64,000 nt of DNA, from the NCBI GenBank assembly GCA_011109175.1, contig RDEW01000017.1:248001-312000 (forward strand). The letters are read 5' to 3'. Made by a program: the position numbers and the translations under genes. The stretch is from Dicyema japonicum (taxonomy: Eukaryota > Animalia > Dicyemida). Shown one piece after another: positions 26,260-37,973 of the stretch. The number at the start of each line of letters is the position of its first letter. Position 1 is the first letter of the stretch. The notes under the pieces are model-generated. The model ran no database searches. It was not told the origin of the DNA and saw only the letters and a list, made by a program, of their open reading frames with translations.

Positions 26260-26460
26260 CTCGGACCTACGCCCCTGGAGGCCCTTATGAGACTAGATTC
26301 CAGATCACGGAAAGTTGGCCCTGAAAATTCAGGCAGCCGTACGTTCATGCGCGGGTACGAAGGAAGAAACACCGGGCAAAATGAGGTCTCTGTTAGAAAT
26401 GCATCGGATCACGTGATATAGTTTTGTTTTACCGTGGTCTTGGGTTAAATAAATAAAAAT
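26260..26460 (+). mobile_element. Repeat carrying a B2-type 3' stem-loop tail
   Basis: GGATCACG(26406-26413)/CGTGGTCT(26433-26440), then gggttaaataaata. Confidence 0.5.
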
Positions 26461-26499
26461 AACGTCCTCACAACATGGATTCAGAAGGGGTCATTCAAC

Positions 26500-26820
26500 T
26501 TCTACCACCTAAATCCCTCAACCAATTTATTCATTGAAGGCTTTAACAAAATCCTCGTCACCTCAAACAGTCGTTTGCTCGATCGATTTACAAAAGGCCT
26601 TCGACTCTGTCTCAAGGAAAATCCTAACCCGAAGTTGTCTTGTTCTCCCCTTCAACCTCAGTATAAACTTTGGCTTGCTAACTCATAAATGGAAGAAGGG
26701 CCGGGTATACATGGATGGCCAAATCAATTTCAAATTACTACCAATGGTGTCCCACAAAGTTCCCCTTTATCACCCGCCTTATTTAACTTATAATGTCCGA
26801 TTTACCAAAATTCGATAATA
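26500..26820 (+). mobile_element. CR1/L2/Jockey-like RT fragment
   Basis: VCSIDLQKAFDSVSRKIL; remnant of the GVPQGS region. Confidence 0.7.
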
Positions 26821-26849
26821 AAGACGATTTCATCTATCATATGCTATCT

Positions 26850-27125
26850 GCTTGCTTGTCTGTTCCTCCTCTCTCTTCCTATTAGAGTGGCGTCATGTGA
26901 TCCACCTGTCTAAGTGACGCCCAGTGCCAGGCCGGCAAGAAAAAGGATCATTTGCTCTCCCCCACTCCACTGGAGGGGTTTCCACAACTGCAGGTATGGA
27001 CGTCTTTTACCCTTTATATCGATTCCGGATGGACTCTGTGTAGAAGTGGAAACTGGATACACTTAATTAGTTGTTTACCTTAACTTCTTTCTCGGTGCAT
27101 CCGGGGTTATTAAATTAAATTAACG
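26850..27125 (+). mobile_element. SINE family B, young copy
   Basis: Complete core plus 3' stem-loop and AT-rich tail. Confidence 0.88.
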
Positions 27126-27528
27126 TAAATTAAAAATAAATATACCTTCTCCATGTCTAAGTTAGCTGTCTCTCCTATTCCCCCATTTAATGGTACATCA
27201 AAAGTAGATCTAATAAGCTGATAAAGGGTATTCGAGGAAGAGAACTTAGTCATTCCGCCAATTATTAGTCACATTTCTCCGACACGCTAAAACGGGGACC
27301 TCTTTGCTTCCACCATTTTGCGGAGCTGACGACTCAGTTTGATTAAGTCAATGTGAATAGCAAGAAAAAGGACGAAACTGAGTTTGTTAAGTGACCTCTA
27401 GTTAGTTAATCCCTTAGGAGGGACCTGAGGTTATGGATTGTCGGAGAAAAACTTGAGTAAACATCGAGTTAGTATTTATTAGTAATATTTTAATTATTAA
27501 ATTTTACAGATTTATTCAAATAAATAAA

Positions 27529-27934
27529 TCAGAGAAAATATGGGACTTTACCAATTTTGACATCAAGTTCCGTTAATGCATACTCGAGATCTTCCATGGA
27601 TAGAACACATTTATCCTAATGTAAGGGATACAGCATAAACCGGTCTCTCTTTTGGTCGGGATTTGTTTTTCTTCAAGGCAGTGGAGATTATATCTCCTAT
27701 GAACTTTTGTGAAGCTATAGAATAGATCCGGAGACTAAAAGATAATAGAAAATCTCCTACATTCTCTTATCAATGTTGCTAGTTCCAGCCAAATGTAGAA
27801 AATACAAAGTTACATTGTCAGGAATCTACTAAAGGATATGTAATACCAGAGTCGTGGAACATTCTAAACTTTTGACAAATCTCTCAAATTCAGTGAAATC
27901 TGATATAACTTTGTTTAGTTTATAAAGAACCCAT
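27529..27934 (-). CDS. TAF10: TFIID subunit TAF10 (absent from ORF track)
   Basis: Removing four introns of 21-26 nt gives TTLIPDNVTLYFLHLAG..DKRILRIYSIASQKFIGDII..KCVLSMEDLEYALTELDVKIGKVPYFL*. Confidence 0.93.
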
Positions 27935-28160
27935 TTTGTCAAGTCTATCACACCACAACACAAATCAGTTATTGAAATTTAAATAATAAATAAATAATTA
28001 TGTAACAATTTAATATAACCGTTTACTCTCTTGTCTTTAATAATCAAAATAATTTAAGCTTATTAAAATTAATTATATTGTGACCGGTTCTGAATGAGGT
28101 TAGGCTGAGAAAAAGGCGCAAAATCGATTTAACCGTAAAAGCCGTCGAAATCATATAACG

Positions 28161-28600
28161 TTACTTCATTGCTGCTGATAGGTTCCGATAAAATCTTCGA
28201 TTTAATTCAAAACAACAGTTGTCCTTACGAAGGTCTTTCCTCGAATAATGTACAGCTATTTGCTTCTTCTTAATTTTGACAAGGTCACATAGTAGAGCCT
28301 CAATTCTGGCAACCTCCCCCTTTTTGGCCCTCTTGTATCCATAGGCACAAAGAACATCCATAACTTTTTGTTTTTCAAACACAGGAGAGCCTGTCTGGAA
28401 AAACAATTGACAAATTCTAGTTCTGCCGTCAGGTTTGAGATTTTCTTCTCAGCATTCTCCAACCAGGTACTCTGTGGCTTAACCTTCGCAGTTAAAGCCA
28501 TATAAGCACACTGTGCAGCATATAGAATGTCAGTAATTTGATTGATATCTTGAGGCGGATTATCTTTCGTGATATGTCGCGAGCCACAGCAATTACCGAG
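28161..28600 (-). mobile_element. R4/Dong-like ORF N-terminal fragment
   Basis: INQITDILYAAQ..WLENAEKKISNL resembles the pre-RT region of this clade. Confidence 0.5.
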
Positions 28601-28899
28601 CCACAGACGTTACCCTTGACAGCTGAAATCAATGTCAATCATGTCAAAAAATAATCAATTATTTCAAAGCAAACATTAACTAATTATTGATTATCTTTTT
28701 AAGGCGTACCGGGATCACTTAATTAGTTGGATTACTCCTTCTTTCTTGGTGTTCCCTTTTCGGGTTATTAAATAAATAAATAAATCTTTTTAAGGCGTTT
28801 AGAATGCACCTTCTTCACAATTCCTTCACTATCTTTAACATTGACAAAATTGTTAGACAATTTTGCAACAATAGTAACAGCATCTCCGTAGGAATGCTC

Positions 28900-29980
28900 A
28901 AACCTTTGCACACGTAGTGAAGGATTAGTTCCATAGTCCTTCTGAATACGAACCTTTTAAGTAATTATAAATTGAATGCACTATCTCCAATGTTAAATTC
29001 ATATCTCGATCGATGCACTCCCCATCTTTTTATTCATCCTTTTATAATAAGGAGAATTCAAGTCTACCCGAAGAAAATCAACTCAATTTCCTCATACACA
29101 ATATCGCATGGTGGGGTTTTTTCCTTTTGAGTTTAAAATCGCACAGTGTGCTCCGATATTTCTCGAAAGCTGTTCCGAGATACTTAAGGGAGCTCACAAT
29201 GTTGATTCCGCATACGGAGTCTTTCTGATTTCCTTTACCATTCTGACCGAAGAACCTCATTGCACTAGATTTTTCTTCGGACAGTTTTAACCATGAAGAT
29301 CGCACCAGTCTTTTATCTCTTCCATGTACACATTGAGCCTCCTTTCTTAGATCATGCTCGATCTCGACACATCAGACAGTAGCACGTCGTCTACGTATAT
29401 CAGAGATCTTGTACTTGGTGGAGACGGAAATGATCTTGTAATTTTTGTTGTTCCAATTCTTCAATTTGTGTGGATCAGAGAACGTTCCCACATAATCAGT
29501 CGACCTATTCCTCAACCCAGAGTCAATTTCCTCATCCAGAGTTGATTTGCTTGATAACGAAGAGATAGGATAAAAAAATGTCAACAACAGAGCTTAAGCT
29601 GATTTCCCCAAATCTGGCGGTAAGAAGCTTATATCAATCCGATATTCTCGAACTTGATATTTGCGATATTTTCACAATATTGAAATTCTCCAGGCTTTCT
29701 GGAAGAAGGTAACAAGGGGAGGAACCTCCTAAGAACATTTATCTCGGATCGAATGAATAATTTTTGGGGAGATAAAAGGATGTATGAGCATCAAACTCGT
29801 GCAGACTAGCAGTGTCTCTACCAATCTCTGAGAAGTATCCATAAACCAACAATTGAAAACCGCATCATTTACACGGGCAACATCGTCAACCGACAAAACA
29901 AAAAAGTAGTGGACCAAGTGAATCACCTCGTTGAATCCCAGTCGATGATTTAATGAGATCATCACCAATAACGGGATGAG
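28900..29980 (-). mobile_element. Degenerate LINE RT
   Basis: YVDDVLL and VSSLKYLG motifs amid stops. Confidence 0.6.
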
Positions 29981-30329
29981 TTGGAGAACCGTATGTTAAG
30001 TTCTCGATGCGGATAATATTTGCAGCTCTCATCAAAACGGTTTCAAACAGATTACCCAGAGCTCCCTACCCGGGGAAGTTCGTGTCCATTTTGCCTCTGC
30101 TTCGGTCATCATGTGGGTTCACAGAATCGGACGACGACCAGAAGTCACCTCTTCTTTAGATCTCTGCGCCACAAAAGATATACCTGTCGGATTTATGGGA
30201 AACACGGTTTGGCAGTCACTTTCCTGCTAGCCATCGGTTTCTTTCATTTGGAGGAACTGGTGGTAATAAATAACCTTACCAAGTAGCCTAGTGATTAAGT
30301 TGTCATACCTCTAACAGTGGTCCTAGCTT

Positions 30330-30525
30330 TGAATCCCCCCACTGGTTACTTTGTAGGTGGTTCTTTTCTTCCATATGGCGGCTAATGTCAAAACGGAATC
30401 AAAAATGGACATTTGGTCTCCACCACTTCACTGGATCATTCTCTGATTGTGCTTGGGAGAACTTGTCTTTCAAGTAATGCGATTGTGGAAACTGGATAAA
30501 CTTAATTAGTTGTTTACTATTATTC
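30330..30525 (+). mobile_element. SINE family B, old copy
   Basis: ccacttcactgga..gtggaaactggataaacttaattagttgtttac. Confidence 0.6.
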
Positions 30526-30694
30526 GAGCCCTCCCATTTGGCACCCATTGCTTCCTCGTTTACAAAAATTCTTGTATCCGATGTCTTCTTAGGTTAGACC
30601 CAATTTGAGAGATGAAGACATTAAGTGTTGTAGATGTAGTCTATAGTGTAACAGAGCTCCCCCAACAATTCAACCTGGTTAAGGAGTGCACTCC

Positions 30695-30950
30695 GAAGCG
30701 ATGGGCAGTATAATAAGTTCCGGACCAAAATTTAGGAGGTCCTGGGTTCGAATATCGCTGCTGTCCATTCGTTGAAGGTTCAACGCATCTACGATGCTTC
30801 TAGGTTGCTGTCGTCGGTGTTTCATCACTGCTGAACCGGGTCTTTTGGGACTCACACATGAAAAAAGAAAAAAACGAGAAATCAAGAACATTTTCAATAT
30901 CTTGCATTACTGTTCTCACTTCTTAAATAGTGCGAGTTCTGCCTAAGCTG
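30695..30950 (+). mobile_element. SINE family A, diverged copy
   Basis: gggttcgaatatcgctgctg..gaaggttcaacgcatctacgatgc. Confidence 0.7.
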
Positions 30951-31129
30951 AGGTAGGATTTACTGTGGCTCATTAACTTGGAACAGATTAAAAGTTTCCC
31001 TCATGATCTCAAGGCTGATGCTTTTACAAAAATCATTGTACCTTTTTCATACAACCCTTTTGAAGCCGGGTGATCATGTTAGAACCTAAGATTTCTTAAC
31101 AGAGATTTTCTAAAAGAGGAATCTGTCTG

Positions 31130-31290
31130 GCAACGCCTGGTATTCGCGACTAAATCTCGGGGATTTAACTCCTAAATCGCTTTCCTTTCTACGTGCCATC
31201 GGATCGTTGATGAGGGACAACCAAGAAAAGGGATATCCGATTGAGCGCATTTCCGTACAAATTTTAGGAGTGAATACCTCCGACCAGCAA
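31130..31290 (+). mobile_element. CRE-like RLE fragment
   Basis: DNA similarity to 45200-45320 (ttaactcctaaatcgctttcct..tgagggacaacc). Confidence 0.6.
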
Positions 31291-31899
31291 ACCCCCGATC
31301 CTACTCATATTAAGATTTTATGTAAAATCCCGTTCGAGAAATTATCTGCATGTAGAATCACAGATGACACTTACCTTTGTCCCATGATATGAAAGGACTA
31401 CCTTATCTCAAAAATCCATCCAATTGCCCGTTTTCTGTGCCCATCATAGCACTTTAAACGTCTACATAAAAAATTTGACTCGTTGTGTTCTTCCTATCGA
31501 TTAGAAGATCACAAGATGGCTTTAAATCTCCCCAAATCTGATCACATTGATTGATTTTTGATAGCATCCGCATGAACAGTTAAATTTTTTTTTTGTAAGT
31601 TTTTTTTGCAAGAGGCATATGGATACTGTCCATATGACCAAGATCTATAAGATCTATAACGTTCAATCAAAGGCGGCGAAACTATTGAAGTAGTCTTTCT
31701 GCAAGGAAATTCTGCCCAGAAACTGTGAAACTATGGTTAATGCTACTGGAGCAAGGATTCGTGTTCATTAACACCGTCCATATCGTAAATGTGCCGGAAC
31801 ACAGTCTGAACATCAGGAACATGAGAAGACTGCTAAGGGAGGTTGAGATCACCTGAATTTTTTCGTTTTGCTTATGGCGGTGGTTTTCTGGTTCAATAA

Positions 31900-33960
31900 A
31901 TTTAAGTTCATAACAATGGCCATTTCCACGTACTATGGCTAGGCGATCATCCCCCGTGGAGATCTTTGATTCATGCGACAGTCGCGTTTCTAATCTCTTT
32001 AATAGCTCCTTTCAAATACAATTGGGGCAACGAAATCCCTCTCCAAGAGCTGACTATTTCTCTAGTTTCTTCAGTGCAGTAGAATCTCCCCGTAGACAGA
32101 GGCTGCTGAGGAAGTCATACAGAGAGTCGACTAACACCAAGATTTTCTGTTAGAAAACGGGACAATCATCATCTCGTCTTGCCTCATTGAGATGAGCCAG
32201 CTGTCCCCATACCTCGTTGATAATTTTGTTGAAGGCCACGTGACTACAAAACCTACCGGTGAAGCTCCCTTTACGGTCTTCTCGCAGCATAATGTGTGAG
32301 GTTCACTGACATCTACCCAGAGGTTCAAGCAGACTCCAAGACTTTCATTATCAAGTTGTGTTCCGATATAGGGAAGGGGTAGGCGTTGAACCAAAATCCG
32401 TTGTCGTCGATACACGTCAAACGGTAGCAGACCTAGTGACTCATTCTCAGCTGGTCGACTCTTCAACTTCAAGGACGTCAAAACAAAGTCTTCGCACTCA
32501 TTCTTGACTTCGAAAATTTCCTTGCCTAAAAAAGATCCCGAAATGTTATGTAAGATCTAGACAAGAGGAAATAACTACACACAAAGACAAGCAAGGGGGT
32601 AATGCGATATATGTTGCTGAAAACAGGTCGGGAACATAAATTTGTACCAGTGTTTTTGCTACACGCGAGTGCAAGAACAAGGCTCCTGGATTCGACAGCA
32701 TTTCCATGACTATGTTCAAAGAAGGGTCCGATGAACTACTATTTGTTCTACAAAAGATGTATAACTCGAGTTTTAAGCTCGGACATGTTCCTCCGCTATG
32801 GAAGCGTTCTATTGTGAAGATGATCCTCAAACCTGGAAAGTCGAGGAAGGATCCTCTTAGTTATAGACCAATAAGCCTTATATGTTCTACATCAAAGATT
32901 ATGGAACGGATTGTATTCAAGAGATTGAATCGGTATATAGAAGAAAGTAATTTTCTACGACCTTACCAATGGAGTTTTCGTCCGGGAAGATCTTGCGGAA
33001 ATTGTATTCACTCAGTAAATTACGAAATTACAACTGCATTTGAGAAGAAAAGTCAGTTGAGCCTTGTTTGCCTTGACATCTCAAAGCGTTCGACAGTGTA
33101 TGGCACGAAGCCTTATTTTGTCAACTTGTACGATCAAAGATATCTAAGCAAATGTTCTTATGGTTGAAAGGCTATTTGACTTGGAGGATATCTTACGTGG
33201 TAGTCGGTGAAAGATATTCTGATGGTACCTCGATTAAAAGGGGAGTGCCGCAGGGATCTATTTTAAGTCCTCTGTTATTCAACATATTTATGGAAGATTT
33301 TCCGTCGCCGCTAGACGTCAGGACCAAGCTGATGATATACGCGGATGACATCTTAATCCTGGATTCGTCCTTGAGGGCGTACCTCTCAGAGCGGAGAGTA
33401 GGAGCTTTTGTCGACAAAGTCTAAGAATGGTGTGATCGGAGAGCCCTGAGACTCTCTGCGGAAAAATCCAGTTACTTACGGACAAGCAGGCTGGGTAGGC
33501 ATCACGAAGAGCCCTACACTCTTCGCATACCGAAAGTTTCATTTCTGAAATACCTGGGGATTGCAGTAGATGGGAGAGAATCATACCTGAAGGACATCGA
33601 AGAGCGAAGGAAGAAGGCTGTGCAAGCACTGTTCTGCACTAGAAGCCTAAAGTTGGATGGTGATACCATGCTCTTTGTCTTTCGGAATGTGATTCTTCCA
33701 AGACTTATTTACGAAAGCGAGGGATGGTTCTACAGACCCTCGAGAGAGGATCCTCGCTCGACTGGAGAAAACAAGGCGAGCGGCGATCAAACTATCCCTT
33801 GAGAAGAAATTGTACGAAGGTCTGACTGATGAAGAGAACAAACTTGTCAGGCCAGTCAGGGAAGATATTCAAATCAGGATGTGTAACTTCCTAGACCAGC
33901 AAATGGATGGTTAACAAGGAAAGGAAGTACCGGAATGAACAGTCCAGGCCAAATTGGCGG
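31900..33960 (+). mobile_element. Jockey/I-group LINE, degenerate
   Basis: KAPGFDSI, GHVPPLWKRSIVKMILKPGK, SYRPISLI, GVPQGSILSPLLFNI, YADDI, KYLG, VILPRLIY. Confidence 0.9.
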
Positions 33961-34298
33961 ACTGGTAGTACCTATTCCGTAACCTGTTGTTTAATTGATT
34001 TTTCAATTTTTCATTTCAGGTCGGGAGTGTTCACTGAATCCAACTCTAATCGTCCATTTGGATGTTGACGATATCTTCAACAGAGTTCTAATGATGTCGA
34101 TGGGCCTGAAGGCAGGTGAGGATCTCGAACTGTAAAGGAACTTTTGAATTTTTTCAAAGAAGTTTCTAAATTAGGAAATTTTTTCCGGAAAAAAATTTAT
34201 TTAAGCAAAATTTTACAATTTATTTTCAAAAAATGAATTTCTTTTATTCTTTCGAAGAAAATCTCTCGACTTTTGAAGATAACGAATCTTTCAACTTT

Positions 34299-34836
34299 AT
34301 GTGTCACTATGAAGAGTCTATGGCTCAGGTGGATAACTTTTGTGAAGCAAACCGAGACATTACTTTTTTGGGTTTGTTCACTGGAAACAACTTTAGATAA
34401 CGGACTCGATTTATTTAACGGGGGGTTCTATTTTGGAGATGACTCTATTACAGGATTGGCGGATTTGGCGACTGACTCAATATGCTGTTCATTCAGCACA
34501 TCCCTGCCTCAAGAGGATGAATCCTCGTGCTTCTCAAAAAAGAGCAAAAAATTCCCTAACAAAAGTCACTTTACTGAAGCTCAACGAGAAGCCCATAATA
34601 TTAAGGAGCACTACAATCGAATGAAGAGATCAAATTATATCGGTAACCTAAGGCTACTCATTTCACGGAAAATCGACTCCAAAAAAATGAAAATTTCAGA
34701 GGTCATCAAGAGCACAGCGACTTATATTGACATTATGAGGAAAATCAACCTCGACCTACAAAATGAGGTCAACTCCCTAAATTTAAAAAAATACAGCATT
34801 TGCAATCGTCTATTGAACAGGCTAACTCATAAATAA
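34299..34836 (+). CDS. bHLH-ZIP transcription factor, Myc/Max/Mlx-like, divergent
   Basis: ATG 34299, one 25-nt intron; REAHNIKEHYNRMKR..LRLLI..KISEVIKSTATYIDIM followed by a zipper-like heptad. Confidence 0.75.
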
Positions 34837-34879
34837 CACATATTGCCATATTGTAGTTAATTTATCGATTTTTTGTTTT

Positions 34880-35110
34880 GTTGTGGTTGATTGGTGAAAG
34901 GCTGAAGTGGGGGCGTACCTCTGTTTTGTTTCATGATTGATATGAGCCATTTTATTTTTTTGACTGATTCAGGAAACATCAGAAACCCAAAGTTCTGAAC
35001 AAAGGAAGGAAGTGTCGGGTGCATGGAATATCCGGGTTCAAGAGCTTGGAGGATCATCTGTCTGAAGTTGCGACAGAAAATTGTTGTTTGGTGGACTTCC
35101 TTATCTTTCA
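34880..35110 (-). repeat. Dispersed repeat family C
   Basis: Similar to 41940-42175(+), 44130-44300(-), 53590-53710(+); shared agaggtac..ccacctcagcc..accaatca. Confidence 0.7.
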
Positions 35111-36129
35111 ATGCGAGATGATAAAGGGGTATCAAATAGTGTCAGGAAGGAGGAAAAGTAACTTTTGATTTTTGAATATGCTACATAAACTTTACTATTA
35201 GAACATTCGAGAATTAAAAATCCCCTTGCTTCTCCTCAAGTTCTTCCAATTTGGGTTTGACGTGATTCAGCCCAGACGTTCGGGCATCTAATGGTTTCTT
35301 ACTTCAAAAATTCGAATTTCTGACGTCTCACAAATTCATTAAGAAGGGGGTCATAGGTTTGTAACCACCTCAAAGAGTTGAGGACATTAACTGTACTTTC
35401 ATGATGCCATATAGTTACGTCACCAGTAACCACTAAGCTAACTCGTCAAATCAACTGAGGTTACCATGGAAACAAGTAACTCAAACTAGTTTCATGTCTA
35501 GCATCTGGACTGAGTCTATTATTGATGACTGTGCCTGAAAATTTTATGTTGGCAGAATACATCTCCGTGAGTGATATTTATTTACCCCCGAGCCATTCAA
35601 GTGAAGGAAATCAATTTCTAACGAAAAATTGACCACCAAAAAAAACACTCACAATTTTCATGATGAGATCGAGTGCCTCCTCGTGGTGAAAAGTTCAATA
35701 ATTGTATCCAACAGATCCAATATCTCTCCATTAACAAGCAACTACCAAATATTTTGGTTGGTAAAGTCCGACCACGACTTGGAACACCAAGGTTTCTAAA
35801 AACCGAGGTTATTTCAAAAATCGAGGTTTTAACTTGAAAGATATAAATAATTATAACTTTATGAAATAATAATCTATAAAAAAAACTTAAAAAAATTTAT
35901 TGTGGTGCATCATCCTAGACAGAGAAACGAGGAGGACCCTAGCAAAATTAAGCTCTGGACACTTCCTCCGACGGATCGGGCTCTTGGCTTCCTTCACCTG
36001 ACCAGTTATCATTGATTCTTCAAGAAGCTTTCTCCTGCCCGGGACCTTCGCTGAAATTTTTGAAATAAAAAAAAAATTAATTTTGTTCCACATCAAGGTT
36101 TTTTGCTCCAAGGTCGGATTGAGAGGCAA

Positions 36130-36330
36130 CCTTTCTAGGTATCAATATCCCCCGTTGTGGAAACCCCTCCAGCGGAGTAAGGAAGAGATAGATTCTTTTT
36201 GGATGTCTGTTAGGTATTGGAAGTCTCATGAGACAGATCAAATGACAACTCTTAGGGATTGAAGAAGGCATAGAGTAGAAAGGAATCCTTCGTTGTGGGA
36301 ATCGAATCTACGGCTAGTTGCGACAAATAT
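36130..36330 (-). mobile_element. SINE family B-related copy
   Basis: Reverse complement has agattcgattccc, tctactctatgcc and actccgctggaggggtttccacaac. Confidence 0.65.
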
Positions 36331-36696
36331 AATTGCTTGAGGCTGATGCACATCAACGAAAGTCTGACTTTTAAATTGACAAACACGTGGTGTGCTCAGC
36401 AAAATTTCTTGGGTTCGGGAAACAGCCCAAAAAATTTTACCGTATTTACTATAATTTATTATTGTCCCAGTGTCACTGGGTTAAAGAGAATAATGAACTC
36501 GGAGTCTCTTATCTCAGTTGGTTTTAAGGTATTTGATAAAGGTGTCGTATGGAGCTTCTTGGTAGGCTGACCGCCCCAAAAATTTTCGTTGTCGTTCAGT
36601 AGAACTGCTTCAAGAGTCATAAAGTCGGAATTAGATTCGAAGGCTCTGCTGACGACGTCTAGCGTTGTCTCCAAGAGCCTTTGAGATGATCTTTAG

Positions 36697-37480
36697 CAGG
36701 GATGTCAAACTCATTTCGCTTCGAGGGCCGCATTTTGTAATAATTTCTCATCAAAAGAAGAATTTATTTATTATAATGAAAAACTAAAAATAAGAGAAAC
36801 TTAATTATTTAATCACCACCCTTTAATTTTGGTGGGAGCTACTTCCAGAGCTAGACATCTTTTTTGGATACAATTTTTCATATGACTGTTTCATCGATCG
36901 CAGTTGAAAAATATTAGAATTTTAACAATTCAGACTATAATTGGTGTTTCAAAGACATTTCATTAATGTGTTCGGCAACAGTGTTTCTGGTTGATAGAAT
37001 ATCTTTAAAAAGTGGACGTTGTCTGCAAAAACAATTTTTGCTGTTTTTGCAGGATATAGCTTGATGAGATTACCATCGTAGTATGATTTTCCAACATTGT
37101 AAGCATTCTGCGGATTTCATATCTTGCAGTAACTGATGCGGTACTTCGATTGTGATTTTTTGTGAAATGAGCCTGTAACACAGTCAAATCTTTCCGCAAT
37201 TAATTTAGCTTTAAAGCACGCATTTGACCTTGGTTAATAAGCAATTTAATACCTTCGAAATATTTGTATGATCGATGATTAGATTGGTAATGCCTTTTTA
37301 GGTTGTATTCTTTCAGAATAGCGATAAGCTGGCTACATATAAAAAATGTATTTTTCCATCGACCGATGTACAAAAATAGACAAGCTCCCATTTATCTTGA
37401 ATCATTCTCCGTACATCGTTCAAACACCGTTTCTTAGTTCCAGAAGAAGCACGTGAATTGACGAACAAGAAATACAAATA
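36697..37480 (-). mobile_element. hAT (SPIN/GTF2IRD2-like) remnant
   Basis: TIR CAGGGATGTCAAACTC at 36697; ILKEYNLKRHYQSNH on the minus strand. Confidence 0.75.
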
Positions 37481-37589
37481 CTATTAAAAAAAATTAATTA
37501 AATATAAAAAATGATTTTTTGTGTTTTATAGCCATTAAATCTGGTCGCATGTTTGACATCCCTGATCTTTAGGATCGTCATTCTCTTCA

Positions 37590-37890
37590 TCCCAATTGTA
37601 ACCTGGTTTCTAAAAGATTGGCAAAAGAAAGTATGTGGTAAAATAAAAATTGCTGAAGATTTAAAAAGGAAAAAGTGCCACAGCATCGTGGACCAGTTCG
37701 TTTTCCAGCCGATCTCCGTTGATACGTCAGGCTTTATTGCCCAGAGCACGACTGAGTTCATCAAGTTAATCGGACGGCCTGCGGGGAAGCGGAGGATGAA
37801 CCTAGAATGACACGATGGCTTCTCCAAAACATTGGGCTCTTGATTATGAGAGGTAACTCCCACTGCGTGTTAATGCCTGCAGGCCATAAT
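37590..37890 (+). mobile_element. CRE-like RLE 3' fragment
   Basis: AEDLKRKK..FVFQPISVDTSGFI..TTEFIK..LLIMRGNS. Confidence 0.8.
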
Positions 37891-37973
37891 GGAGACCCGT
37901 CATGACAACTTTACTTTAAAAAATGCATAATAAATTGTTATTTAAATAAAAACTAATCCGTTAGTCAAACTAG

